A DNA stretch of 64,000 bases. Origin: the human T2T-CHM13v2.0 reference genome, Homo sapiens. The notes below the pieces were generated by a model. That model was not told the origin of the DNA. It ran no database searches and saw only the letters and a program-made list of their open reading frames with translations. The stretch lies in the NCBI RefSeq assembly GCF_009914755.1, contig NC_060931.1; one strand, 5' to 3'. This document shows positions 1 through 13,497 of the stretch, one piece after another. Both the position numbers and the translations under genes were made by a program. Every line of letters begins with the position of its first letter. Position 1 is the stretch's first letter.

Positions 1-114
1 GAGGTATTAAACATTTGTTCATTTCTTTATATACTTACTTATTCCCTTATCCAGAGGGAGAAGGCAAAGTATGTATTGTGTTACCCCATTTTTCTTGTTT
101 CTGAAATCAAATTA

Positions 115-471
<357 letters not shown>

Positions 472-891
472 TTATGCAGTCAAATTTCATGACACAGTTT
501 TTCCAAATGACTAACTTACTTCAGAAAAGAGAATTATTTAGTCCAATAATTTGATAAATTGTTCCTCACTTGCATATATAAAGAAAGTTGTATAATCTTT
601 TCCTGACATTTTAAAGAATAAAATAGATTTTATCTTGATAGAGTTAGTAATGTATGGGATAAGTACCCATACATTACTAATGTATTATATTATATTATAC
701 TACTTGTGGCATAGGGCATTCTGCTACTTTCCAGTGACCATTTTCTCCCCATCTCTCTTCTCTTTCCAGTCTCTATCCTTCTTACTCTCATTGCCTTTTC
801 TTCTCTCCGTGTTTCCCTTAGTCTTGGACTTTCTAGGATGTCTAGCAGATAAATCTCTCACTTCTAGACCATATGTCCCCTACCCCCTCCC

Positions 892-1016
892 TTTTTTTTT
901 AAGAGACAAGGTCTTGCCATGTTGCCTAGGCTGACCTCAAACTCTTGGGCTAAGCTATCCTCCTGCTTTAGCCTCTTGAGTAGCTAGGACTATAGATACA
1001 TATCCCTATGCCTGGC
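892..1016 (-). mobile_element. FLAM/Alu monomer
   Basis: Poly(T) followed by one diverged antisense Alu arm. Confidence 0.85.
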
Positions 1017-1461
1017 TGGGACCAGATGGCCTTTCTGAATCCTTTCTAGTAGGTGATTCTCTCTCCTGGAGAAACTCTTTCCTTAAAGCTTGCTTTTTTT
1101 TTTTTTTTTTTTGCCAACCCTCAGAGCAGACAATCTATCTATAAAGTCAGATTTGAGTGGAGAATTAAAGGAATTATCTGAATAATTAAAACAAGAACAC
1201 TAATATCTTTGAAAAGGCTATTTAAGACTTAATGATGCCTACAACCATTTACTTGTTAAAGTCTACTTAAATATTTATTCTACATTGCTAGCGCTCCAGA
1301 CATACATGCATATCTTATTAGTGGATTCATTCAAAATATTCACACACATGGAATAAACTCAAGAACATAATAACTCCTAAATAGGCTTTGATCAGAAAAA
1401 ATACCATTTTCAAGGAACAGAAAACCAGTTTGAATATAACAATCATAAATTTGGTTCCTAC

Positions 1462-1575
1462 CTGACACATACTCTGTGAGGAGCTTCTGCAACAGTGGTA
1501 CATTTTCAAGATAAAGTTCTAAGTTCTAGTTCTAAGAGGCAGTGTCCATCCACTCAGGTCTACAGGCTCTGTGTG
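1462..1575 (-). other. SLC26A3: Non-coding first exon (5' UTR) of SLC26A3 (DRA, intestinal Cl-/HCO3- exchanger); the gene continues off the left edge
   Basis: Minus strand reads ...CTCTTAGAACTAGAACTTAGAACTTTATCTTGAAAATGTACCACTGTTGCAGAAGCTCCTCACAGAGTATGTGTCAG, matching my recollection of the DRA cDNA 5' UTR. Donor CAG|GTAGGA with GT at 1461-1460. TATA about 30 nt upstream, from which the TSS is inferred. Adjacent PIGC pseudogene fits the recalled locus. Confidence 0.82.
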
Positions 1576-1596
1576 CATCCATATGCATAGGGATGT

Positions 1597-1790
1597 CTAT
1601 ATATAGGCTATGTAAGACAGTGGACAAATTACCTTTCTGTCAGCTTTAATAATTAACTCTCATTAACTTTTACAACAATGAAAAGACTGCAATGTGGTCT
1701 TGACCTTTGAGACTTTGATCAGCAGAAGTGATGATGAAGATTGCTTCCTCAAGTTCCTTGTGAGATTAAACCACCAGTGGGTGGTTTAAT
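1597..1790 (-). promoter_or_regulatory. SLC26A3: SLC26A3 proximal promoter: TATA box, HNF1 site, HNF4/DR1 sites
   Basis: CTATATATAG 1597-1606; GTTAATTATTAAA (minus, 1657-1645) is one mismatch from HNF1 GTTAATNATTAAC; minus-strand GATCAAAGTCTCAAAGGTCA (1720-1701) has two CAAAG HNF4-type cores. Confidence 0.78.
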
Positions 1791-2099
1791 GCACTTGTGT
1801 GTACGTAATTTCATTGGTTTGCAGAGATTGCACAGCAGATGCTCACGTGTACTTAAAAAAAAAAAGAATCTTCTCAAGGGTTATCTCCTTGACATTTCAC
1901 CAACCTGTTTAGATGAGAGTTTAGTGGTGGTGTTTTTTGGCTGGATGACTCCATGGAATCTGTCATGGGCTGCAGAAGTGTGGTGTATAGGTTAACTCCT
2001 GGTATGATAAAGGCCCTCATTAGGAACACTCACCCAACTCCCAGCCACAGGCCATATCTGCATTCCAATTTCTGCCCCCACCACAGCTCTTCCTAAGAG

Positions 2100-3482
2100 C
2101 AATAAACCCTATGTTGCTAAACACAATGAATACTTTCAACTCTCATCTTACTTAAAAGCATTTGGCATTGCTGACTACACTTTCATGAACTCCTCTTTTT
2201 ATTTTAAAAATTATTTAACTAATTAGTTAATTTTAGAGATGGGGTATTGCTGTGTTGCCCGGGCTGGTCTCAAACTCCTGGCCTGAAGTGATCCTCCTGC
2301 TTTAACCTCCTGAGTAGCTGGGATTAGAGGCCTCAGCCATCATGCCGGGCTAAAATCTTCTCTTCTTGAAATGCTAAAAAAAAATTTTTAACACACTTGT
2401 TTTTCACCTCATCCTTTTTGCCAATTTCTCCTCTAACTCTTTCTTTGGCATTTCCTAAGATTCTGTTCTGAATTTCCTTCTCCTCTCTTGCTACCCTCTT
2501 ACCCTAAATAAGAGTCCTATGGCTCCCAGCAACATTCAGATTTCTAACCCCAGCTCTCTAGGTCCACATATTTAACTGCCTATTCCACATCTTTGCTTGG
2601 ATGCCTCATAGGCATCTCAAACACGACACATATCGAGATTAAGACCTCTTGATCTTTCCTCCCAAATCTGCTCCATCTCTAGTCTTCCCCATTTCAGTAA
2701 AGAATATTCCCCTTTACTCATGTCAGAGACCTGGGAACCATCTCTGACACTTCTTCTTGCAGACCTTCTCCCCACCCGCAGCCAATCCATCCTTAAACCC
2801 TATTGAGCATGCCTCCAAAATACATCCCAAAGCCATCACTTTTCTTCATCTTCACTCTTACCTTTGCTGCACTTCTTGCTTCCTCTCGCAGCCCTCCCCA
2901 TCTCTTTACCACTCATTAATCAGAATGATCTTTTCACACTAGTCCTCTTTGTGGGGCTGATGATTACACAGAGGGAAAACAGGCCTCCAAAGTCTTTGCA
3001 TGATCTCCCCCTGCACAACTCTCCAACCTCATCTGACTCTGCTCTTACTTTTGTTTTCTCCACTCCCACCATGGTGGCCTCCTGTAGTCCCAAATTTGCC
3101 CACTCTTTGCAGACATCATTTTCTCTGCTTAAATGCACTTCTCTCTCTCTCTCGGTTTGGCTGTTACTTAGCTTCAACATCACTTTCTCAAGGAGAACCA
3201 CTTTGACTTCCTAATCTCAATTAGCCCCTCTTGTGGCATTCTCTCAGAGTATTTTTTTAAGTCCCTTGGTTAATTTGCATGTACTTTTTAAAACATAGCA
3301 TCATAATTTAAAAATACACAATTATTTACTTGGCTAATGTTTGGCTTTCTCATTAGAATGAAAGCCCCACACAGGCAGGGACTTTGGCGAATTCACTGCT
3401 GTATGCCCAGTACCTAGAATGAATCTACCACAGAACAATGACTCAATAAATAGTGGTTCAATGACAGTTCAATCAATGAATT
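2100..3482 (+). mobile_element. L2 fragments (interrupted by FLAM)
   Basis: L2-like ...CTTGGATGCCTCATAGGCATCTCAAAC... and 3' end CTCAATAAATAGTGGTTCAATGA. Confidence 0.65.
2230..2351 (-). mobile_element. FLAM monomer
   Basis: Single antisense Alu arm. Confidence 0.85.
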
Positions 3483-3649
3483 ATGTTTGCTATAAGACAA
3501 TTCCAAAAGAATGTGGACAGGTCATTAGCGTTTGTTAGAAATTAATCTAACCTGTGTTTTTAAATCTGGCTCACACCTGTGCTAACTGCGTAACTGAATG
3601 AGCTGTGGTGCCACTTATCATGCTTTTATCAACATTAGCTAACTTTAAT

Positions 3650-3775
3650 TAGTGTTTAGTATGGGCTGTAACTTTGCAATGTGTTTTATTGGGTTTATCC
3701 CATTTAATCCTCATAACAACCATAGATAGCTTAGTATTTTTATTCCTATTTTACAAATGAATAGATTGAGTTTTC
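3650..3775 (-). mobile_element. MIR
   Basis: CATTTAATCCTCATAACAACC...ATTTTACAAATGA, antisense MIR core. Confidence 0.7.
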
Positions 3776-4221
3776 ACTTGTGGTGAAATCTCAATTTTTA
3801 ATTTTTATTGGCTTTTATTGAAGCCAGCTAGAATCCAGAAAGCCTAACTTTGTCATGTCTTTACTGTATAATACTGCTTTTTATAATTTTAACAGATGTA
3901 CAGAATATTTATTCAGAACCACTATACACTGATTAAATTTTGTATTTAGATGTGGTTGATGGAAGAACTGGAAAATATTGCACTTAAAGGTAGAGGCTCA
4001 GAATTATTGATCAGCATAAAAATGATTTATTTTAGAACAAATAAGAGAGTATTGCAAGATTGATGGATACAAGCTGAACAAAGGCAAATTATTACACGAT
4101 ATATATTACATAGTGTATAGCCTTCCTATATACTAATAATAACCATGTAGTAAATGTAATAAAAAGAAAGATATCATTGGTAATAGCAACAAAAGCTACA
4201 AAGATTAGTAGAAATAAATCC

Positions 4222-4818
<597 letters not shown>

Positions 4819-4914
4819 TGGAGTAAATCTTATCTAAAGATATATAATGATGAACTTTATAGAGATAATTAGAAAACATTATTAAAGGACAAAAACAAAA
4901 CCTAAGAAAAATAT

Positions 4915-5300
<386 letters not shown>

Positions 5301-5430
5301 TTAATCTATTACATAAATGCTATTACAATGAAAAAGCTTTTCTTTTTTTTTTTTCATAGAACTGGACAAACTTGGCCTAAAACTTGTATGGAAGAACAAA
5401 GGGCCAAGAAAAGTCAAGACGTCAAGACAA

Positions 5431-5826
5431 TTTTTGAAATTGATGCATAATAATTGTATATATTTATGGGATATATGTGATATTTTGATATATGCATACA
5501 ATGTGTAATGATCAAATCAGGGTAATAATGATATCTATCACCTCAAACATTTATCATTTCTCTGTTTTGGGAACATTCCAAATTTTCTCTTCTAGCTATT
5601 TTGAACTATACAATAATTTATTGTTAACTACAGCCACCCTACTGTGTTATGAAACACTAGAACTTATCCCTTCCATCTAACTGCACGTTTGTATCCATTA
5701 ATCAACAGCTCTCCATCCCCACTCCCTGCTACTTTTCCCAGCCTGTGGGTAGCCATCTTTCTACTTTCTCTCTCTATGAGATCCACTTTTTTGGCTCCCA
5801 CGTATTAGTGAGAACATGCAACATTT
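5431..5826 (-). mobile_element. L1MA 3' end fragment
   Basis: ATACAATGTGTAATGATCAAATCAGGGTAA...CACCTCAAACATTTATCATTTC. Confidence 0.85.
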
Positions 5827-6516
5827 GTTGACAACTTTGAAGAAGAAAAAATGGGGAAACATTTTGCAGATATAAAGACTTATTATCAAGCTATAGTAAT
5901 TATGGCAGTTATATGTTTGTGCTGTGGGAAATAAATATACCAATGGAACAGGACAGAAAGCCTAGAAACATGTATTGAAACTTGATATATAATAGAGGTT
6001 ACGTGGCATTAGAGAAAAGATGGACTATTCAATAAATGGTGCTGAGACAACTGGCTATCCATGTAGAACAAATAAAATTTAGATCTCTATTTCACAGCAA
6101 TCACACACACATTTTTTCAATTGACCAAAGGCCTAAATAGAAAAGGTAAAATTTTAAACTTTTAGAAGAAAAAGTATGCTGTTATAACCTTGGAATAAAA
6201 GTATTTCTTCAACAAGTCACATAAATGTGCATATCATAAAGGAAACGACTGACAAATCCATCTTTATTAAAATTAAAACATGGAAGACACCACAACAAAA
6301 GTGAAGACAAGCTCTAGACTGAACAAGGTATTTGCCCAGTTAAGTCTTAGAAAAGATTAATATCCAGAAGATATCAAGAACTCCTACAAATCAATAAACA
6401 AAAGGCAAAATTCACAGAAAACCTGAAGTGCCAATTAACATATGAAAATATGTTCAAGTTCACTAGTAATCAGGGAAAAGTAAGTACAACCATATACATT
6501 TCACATCCATCATTAG

Positions 6517-6693
6517 CAGGGCTGTAACTAGCTTCAGTGGAGCATGAAGATTATGCAATTTGTGGATGTCGTTTTAAGAAAAAGATTACAAATTTTCACA
6601 TATAAAATTAACTACAGGGCCTTTGAAGGGGCCCATGCAAATGAAAGGTCCTGAAGCCTAAACCGCATTTGCTTTATGGTAAATCTGCTTTTG
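6517..6693. mobile_element. hAT-type non-autonomous DNA element (Tip100/Arthur-MER69-like; family uncertain)
   Basis: CAGGGC start; TTTAAGAAAAAGATTACAAA, GAAGGGGCCCATGCAA and TTTATGGTAAATCTGC motifs. Confidence 0.55.
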
Positions 6694-7083
6694 TCTATCA
6701 GATGGTAAAAATGAAATGCCTGAAAATACCAAGTGTCACAGAGGCTGTGGAGCAATAGGAACACTTATACTATCGTTGTGAGTTGTAAATTGGGGCAGTC
6801 ATTTCCGATAGCAGCGTGTGACTGTCTTGTCAAATTGAAGATATATATCTTCTAAGACCTGGCAATTCCACTAGTATGTATCCTTAACAAACATTGACTC
6901 ATGTTAATGAATATTTCTAGCATATATAAATATGCAATATTTATAATAGCAAAAAAAGAAAATAAGTATCCTTAATCCACTAGATAGTCTGGTTGATAGT
7001 CTACTGACCTTATAAATAGCCTAATATCTTTTATCTGCTATCTACTCTTCATTAATAGGACAGTAGACAGTGCATAAAGAAAT

Positions 7084-8213
7084 CATGCCAACCTGTAACT
7101 AACACTAAGGAGGGCAAGTGGCAGAAGCCCTTATGTGAGTGACAGCCCTTCCCTGATAATTATGTGGACCTGAAAGAGCTGTACTCAGAAATACCAATAT
7201 TGGACTGGGGTATTTGAGTTGAGTGTGGTGATCCATCAGCTGCGTGGTGTCTATGTTTTTGTGGTTATCTGATGTTACATGGACAAAGGGTTTCTGGGTT
7301 TCTGGTCTCCCACTGGACTTCTGGGACTGGCCTGGCTTCTTCACTGACTGCATATGTTTTATTTGATCTTGATTAGAGGTGAAGGGTGGAAGTAGAGTGG
7401 GCATGTCCGGTGGGCTGACTTGAAGAGCCTGTAGTCTTCATTACTTTCATCTATGGCTGTTTGCTAGTGTCGAAGACCCTGACAGTCTGTCAGCACTGAC
7501 ACCATCTGTGCTGTGTTAGTCTTCACGCTGTTAGGCCACCTCATCTGCTTTCACTGTGGCACCAATGCTGCCGTTGTAGCCATCACATTGTCCTTGAACA
7601 CGGCCATCATTGCTTCTGTCTGCCTGTCCTCATGCCTTCCCTGGTCCCTGTATGCCTTCATCATGGTGACATTTGCCATCCAGATTTTTGCCCCATGGCC
7701 CATGTTACAGGAGAAACTGAAGGCATGTGCTCTCCCCAGCTGTGTGGGTGTCACACTGCTCTTTGAGTTTTCAGCCTTGAGAGGCCTGCGGTCCTATAGT
7801 GCATGGAGTCATCCTCTTCGTCCTTCTCTAGTTTCTATCTCATGTCTCTGTCCTTTCTACCTCATTCACCTGCAGCTTTTTAAAGAAACCAGTCATGGGC
7901 CTTAGGATGAAGTTGAAATCAAATTCTTGTCCAGGTGCCTCAGCTAAGTTAGGTACCTCCATTACATTATGAAGGCAAGTTGATGGACTAGCATCTTAGC
8001 TCGTGTAAAAGTTAAAGGCAAAGTTCTATTTTGGAAGCAGCATGCCAATGTGGATGAGAGAACAGGGATCAAAGGAAAAAATTAACCAAAGGCTTGGGTG
8101 CTTACCTTTTCTGTTATTTTGTGGGATGAGAAAGCTTTTTGGGTCCCTTTTGAATTATTGTGTCTCATTTATTATTTGCTGTAACAAATGAAGTGATGTG
8201 GTTTCTATTAAAA
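7084..8213 (+). pseudogene. PIGCP2: PIGC (GPI-GlcNAc transferase subunit C) pseudogene; CDS homology about 7084-7947 plus probable 3' UTR
   Basis: Translates to QPVTNTKEGKWQK.., [36 protein letters not shown] and [18 protein letters not shown], matching PIGC. Disabled by TGA at 7140-7142, deletions near 7170-7185 and W>TAG at 7903-7905. Terminal TAA 7945-7947; ATTAAA near 8207. Symbol is from recalled position. Confidence 0.92.
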
Positions 8214-8225
8214 AATAACAGTACA

Positions 8226-8476
8226 GGCCAGGCGTGGTGGCTCACACCTGTAATCCCAGCACTTTGGGAGGCCAAGGCGGGTGGATTGCTTGGGCACAGG
8301 AGTTTGAGATCAGTCCAGTTTGAGACCCTCATCTCTACAAAAAATTTTAAAAATTAGCTGGGCGTGTTGGCACACGCCTGTCATCCCAGCCACTCAGGAG
8401 GCTGAGGTGGGAGGATGGTTTGAGCCCAGGAGATGGAGGTTGCAATACATTAAAACAAAAACAAAAACAAAACAAA
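8226..8476 (+). mobile_element. AluJ, 3' part deleted, A-rich tail
   Basis: GGCCAGGCGTGG start, J-type right arm. Confidence 0.85.
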
Positions 8477-8477
8477 G

Positions 8478-8780
8478 GTTGAATTCATAAAAACAGAGAA
8501 TAAAGTGGTGGTTTACAGAGTCTGGGTGTATAAACTTTCAGTTATAAGATGAATGAATTGTTGTGATCTGTTGTATAGCACAGTGACTGCAGTTAATTAT
8601 ACTGTATTGTATACTTGAAATTTGCTGAGACAGTAGCTCTTAAGTGTTCTCACCATATATGTACACAGAAAAGGTAACTGTGAGGTGATAGAGGTGTTCA
8701 TTAGCTTCATTGTGGTAGTCATTTCATAATGTGTACACGTATCAAATCATTGTACCCATACACTTATCAAAAAAAAGAAA
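8478..8780 (+). mobile_element. L1MA/MB 3' end
   Basis: AAACTTTCAGTTATAAGATGAAT...TACTTGAAATTTGCTGAGA. Confidence 0.8.
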
Positions 8781-9027
8781 GAAATGAGGAGTTTCTATTT
8801 TTGTTCCAATAAATGAAAAAATAAAAACATGCAAAAATGCTTGATTCATAGATATATAGCAAATGTATAAAAATAAGCAATGAAATGATAGATAAGAAAT
8901 TAAGGATAGTGGTTACTTCCATGGAGAGAGGGAAGTTTACTGGCAGGACTATGAAAGGGGCTTCAAGTGTATCTGTAATATTTTATTTCTTTTTGTTACT
9001 CCAGATTTAAACAAACTTTTGAGATAT

Positions 9028-9470
9028 ATATTAATTTCCTAGGGTTGCCATAACAAAGTATCACAAACTGGGTGACTTCAAACAATAGACATTTATTCTA
9101 TAGTTTCAGAGACTAGAGCTCCAAAATCAAGGTGTCAGCAAGGCCACACCCCCAGCAGACACTGAGTGGAATCCCTGATTGGCTCTTTCTAGTTCCTGGT
9201 GATCACTTCTTAGCATTCCTCATCTTGCAGCTGTGTCACTTGAGTCTCTGCCCCTGTCATTGCGTGGCATCCTCACGGTATATCTTTGTCTTTCCCCTTC
9301 TTGTAAGGACATTAGTCACTTTGGGTTAAGGGCCTATCCCACTCGCTAGTATAACCTCATCTTTACTAATTATATCTGCAATGACCCTATTTCCAAATAA
9401 AGGCTTTCTGAGGTACTGGGGATTAGAACTTCATCATATCTTTTTGGGGAACACAGTTCAATCCATAACA
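9028..9470 (-). mobile_element. MLT1B/C MaLR LTR
   Basis: Antisense of TGTTATGGATTGAACTGTGTTCCCC..; GCCATAACAAAGTATCACAAACTGGGTG. Confidence 0.85.
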
Positions 9471-9549
9471 AGGTATAATTTACATGCAGTGATACATATA
9501 GATCTTGAATGTACCTTTTGATGAGTTTTGACAAATGCATATACCTATG

Positions 9550-10356
<807 letters not shown>

Positions 10357-10960
10357 TCGTGTAACACTCACCCTCCCGCAGTGGAGAATGTTCCTCTCTG
10401 AAAATTCCTTCGTGCTTCTTCTCAGTTCTTCACAGCCAACTGCCAGAGGCAACTTCTGTTCTGATTTCTATCATCTTTCATTAGTTTGGCCTGTTCTAGA
10501 ACTTCATACAAATGGGACGTACAGTATGTTCCCTTTTGTGCCTGGCTGCTATCTCACAGCACAGTGTTTTTGAGGTGCATCTATACTGTTATGTGTATTA
10601 GTTGCCCATTCTTTTTATTGTTGAATAGTATTCCATTAGTATGAATATGACAAACTCTGTTTATACAATGTCTTGTTAATGAACGTTTGGATTGTTTCCA
10701 ATTTGGAGCTATTACAAACTTTCTTATAAAAGTCTTTTGTGAACATATTTTTATTTCTCTTGGGTCCTGGGAGGATTGCTGAGTCGTGGCATAGAAATAC
10801 ATTTAACTTTATATGAAACTGCTAAATAATTTTTGAAAAGTGGTTTTACCGATTAAAATTCCTACACTCAACATATGAGAGTTCCAGTTGCTCCTATCCT
10901 TGCCACAATTTAGCTCTATCAGTCTTTTCAGTTTTAGCCGTTATGATGGGTGTTCATTTT
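10357..10960 (-). mobile_element. Old L1M (MC/ME) 3' fragment
   Basis: TTTATTGTTGAATAGTATTCCATT; GATTGTTTCCAATTTGGAGCTATTACAAA. Confidence 0.75.
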
Positions 10961-11563
10961 ACTTCTTTAAAAAAAAAAAAGCAAAAACTTTTCCTCAAAC
11001 ACCAAAATGAGGAATATCCTTTAAAAGTTTAGCCCAAGTTTCATGGAGTTAAAGCTTTGGTAGTATATGTTACTCAACTATATTTAAAGCCATTGTATGA
11101 TTATAACTTAGTAGCACACTTAATAATTTAATATTTAAGGCTTAATACAACAAATGTATTGACTTACCTCTATATCCTAGAAAAAAGTTCTTTTTTTTAG
11201 CTTGTCGCACTTTATCCCTGTAATTGACATTATACCTTGTATTAAATACTCTTGGTTTCTCACCATTCTCCCACTTCTTGGAGATGGACTGTGTTTATTT
11301 ATATATCTTTCTGTCCCACGTGCCTAGCATAGTGCTGGGCACACAGCCAGTGCTCAATAAGGTTGTTGAGTCAATAAACAAATAAGCAAGCATATTAATT
11401 TAAAGCATAAATATGAAAGACTAGAATCACCAATCTTTCTTTTAAAAGATTTCAAATTTATACTGAAATCTTAATGTGACCCCATTTACAAATTTGGATT
11501 GAGGTAAAAAAATCCTGTTTTATTCTGTTCTTCCATTTCTGGTGGAAGGAAGTGTACTTAATT

Positions 11564-12008
11564 TTTTCTTTTTCTTTTTTTTTTTTTTTGAGACTGAGTC
11601 TTGCTCTGTCACTCAGGCTGGAGTGCAGTGGCGTGATCTCGGCTCACTGCAACCTCTGCCTGCATGGTTCAAGTGATTCTACTGCCTCAGCATCTCCGAG
11701 TAGCTAGGATTACAGGCATGTGCCACCATGCCTGGATAATTTTTTGTATTTTCAGTAGAGACAGGGTTTCACCGTGTTGGCCAGGCTGGTCCCGAACTCC
11801 TGACCTCAGATGGTCCTCCTGCCTTGGCCTCTCAAAGTACTGGAATTACAGGTGTAAGCCACTGCTCCTGGGCTAATTTTTGTATTTTTAGTAGAGATGG
11901 GGTATTGCCGTGTTGGCCAGGCTGGTCTTGAACTCCTGACCTCAGGTAGTCTGCCTGCCTGGGCTCCCAAAGTGCTGGGATTATAGGCGTGAGCCACCAT
12001 GCCCAGCC
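11564..12008 (-). mobile_element. Trimeric AluS (left-left-right arms)
   Basis: Right arm followed by two left arms, each with a linker; one TSD GGAAGTGTACTTAATT 11548-11563 / GGATGTGTACTCAATT 12010-12025. Confidence 0.88.
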
Positions 12009-12835
12009 TGGATGTGTACTCAATTTAAGAAGAAAATTAGCACTTGTTTAAAAAAGGGGATTTTGGAGGTCCATTCATGTTCTCCCAAGCCATCAAGTTT
12101 TCCACCCACGGGGTTGTTCCAGATGTGATAGCACATTACTCATATCACTTTTGAGAGGGGTATTTTCATATTTAGTAGTGTGGTATCACCCTACTCTATA
12201 GCCTGAAAGGCATGGCCTCTTGGCTGTGCTGAATTTTACTAGAAGAATCTCTGGATAAAATTTTCCTGACTGAAACTCATCTAAAGGTAACAGAAGTGCC
12301 TGTCTGGGCACCCCCAGGGATATGTGGTTAGAATTCAGGGTATCTATTAAAGCTCTACAAAAGACATGTGTGTGCATGTTTGTGTGTCGGAGGGTGGGGT
12401 GGGCATGCAAATGTGAATTTTTCAGGGGAAAGTGTCCATAGTTTTCATCAGACTTGCATATGTGAAGAAATATGAAGAGTTATAGAGTAAAAGTTAAGAA
12501 ACTTAATATTGTGGCTAGCCTGACTGGCCAATTATGACAATTTGTGTGTAACAATTAGTGGACTACATTTAAATAATGAGCTTGGTTTTCCTTCTCCTGA
12601 GTTGACCAGTCAGTGTTTGACTGCAGGTGCATCCCCAAACATCATTGACAAAATGGGCAGAAATTACACTGGGAGGCAAATCTCTTGGTCATGGAGGGAA
12701 CAAAACTTCACCTCCCCTAGACTTACTATTATGCCTTGACTTCAAATCATACTGATTTTTTTTAATAGACTCCAGGCTTCATTTTCAAGGACCCAGTGTG
12801 TCCATTCAGAGCATCTCTTTCTGTTTCCCTGTTAA

Positions 12836-13197
<362 letters not shown>

Positions 13198-13296
13198 TAA
13201 AGATTGACCCCAAAAGGAGTCTAACGCAGCAAATATATAATCCCGAAATTTAATATGAATTTCTACTAATCCCTCTCAGTGTCAAGATGAGTCCAG

Positions 13297-13497
13297 AGCC
13301 AGCCACTATGGTGTGTGCCTGTAGCCCCAACTGTTTGGAAGGCTGAGGTGGGAGGATCACTTGAGCGCAGAGGGTTTGAGGATGTAGTGCACTATAATTA
13401 CACCTTTGAATAGCCACTGCAGTCCAGCCTGGGCATCACAGCAAGATCCTATCTCTTAAAAAACTAAAACAGCAGCAGCAACACCACCACCACCACA
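13297..13497 (+). mobile_element. FAM (7SL-derived fossil Alu monomer)
   Basis: GAATAGCCACTGCA 7SL-type segment; TSD AAGATGAGTCCAGAG 13284-13298 / 13498-13512. Confidence 0.85.

Noticed and set aside
1327-1509. 60-aa minus-strand ORF as a CDS
   Set aside because: Reads through the splice donor into the intron; only the exonic uATG part is considered
6517-6693. Possible MER53/miR-1302-type hairpin
   Set aside because: Lacks the TTGGGACATACTTAT core and internal palindrome; looks like a different hAT element
7513-7905. 130-aa hydrophobic ORF as a functional PIGC paralogue
   Set aside because: Upstream stop and deletions, non-ATG start, and a premature TAG at the conserved HGPW
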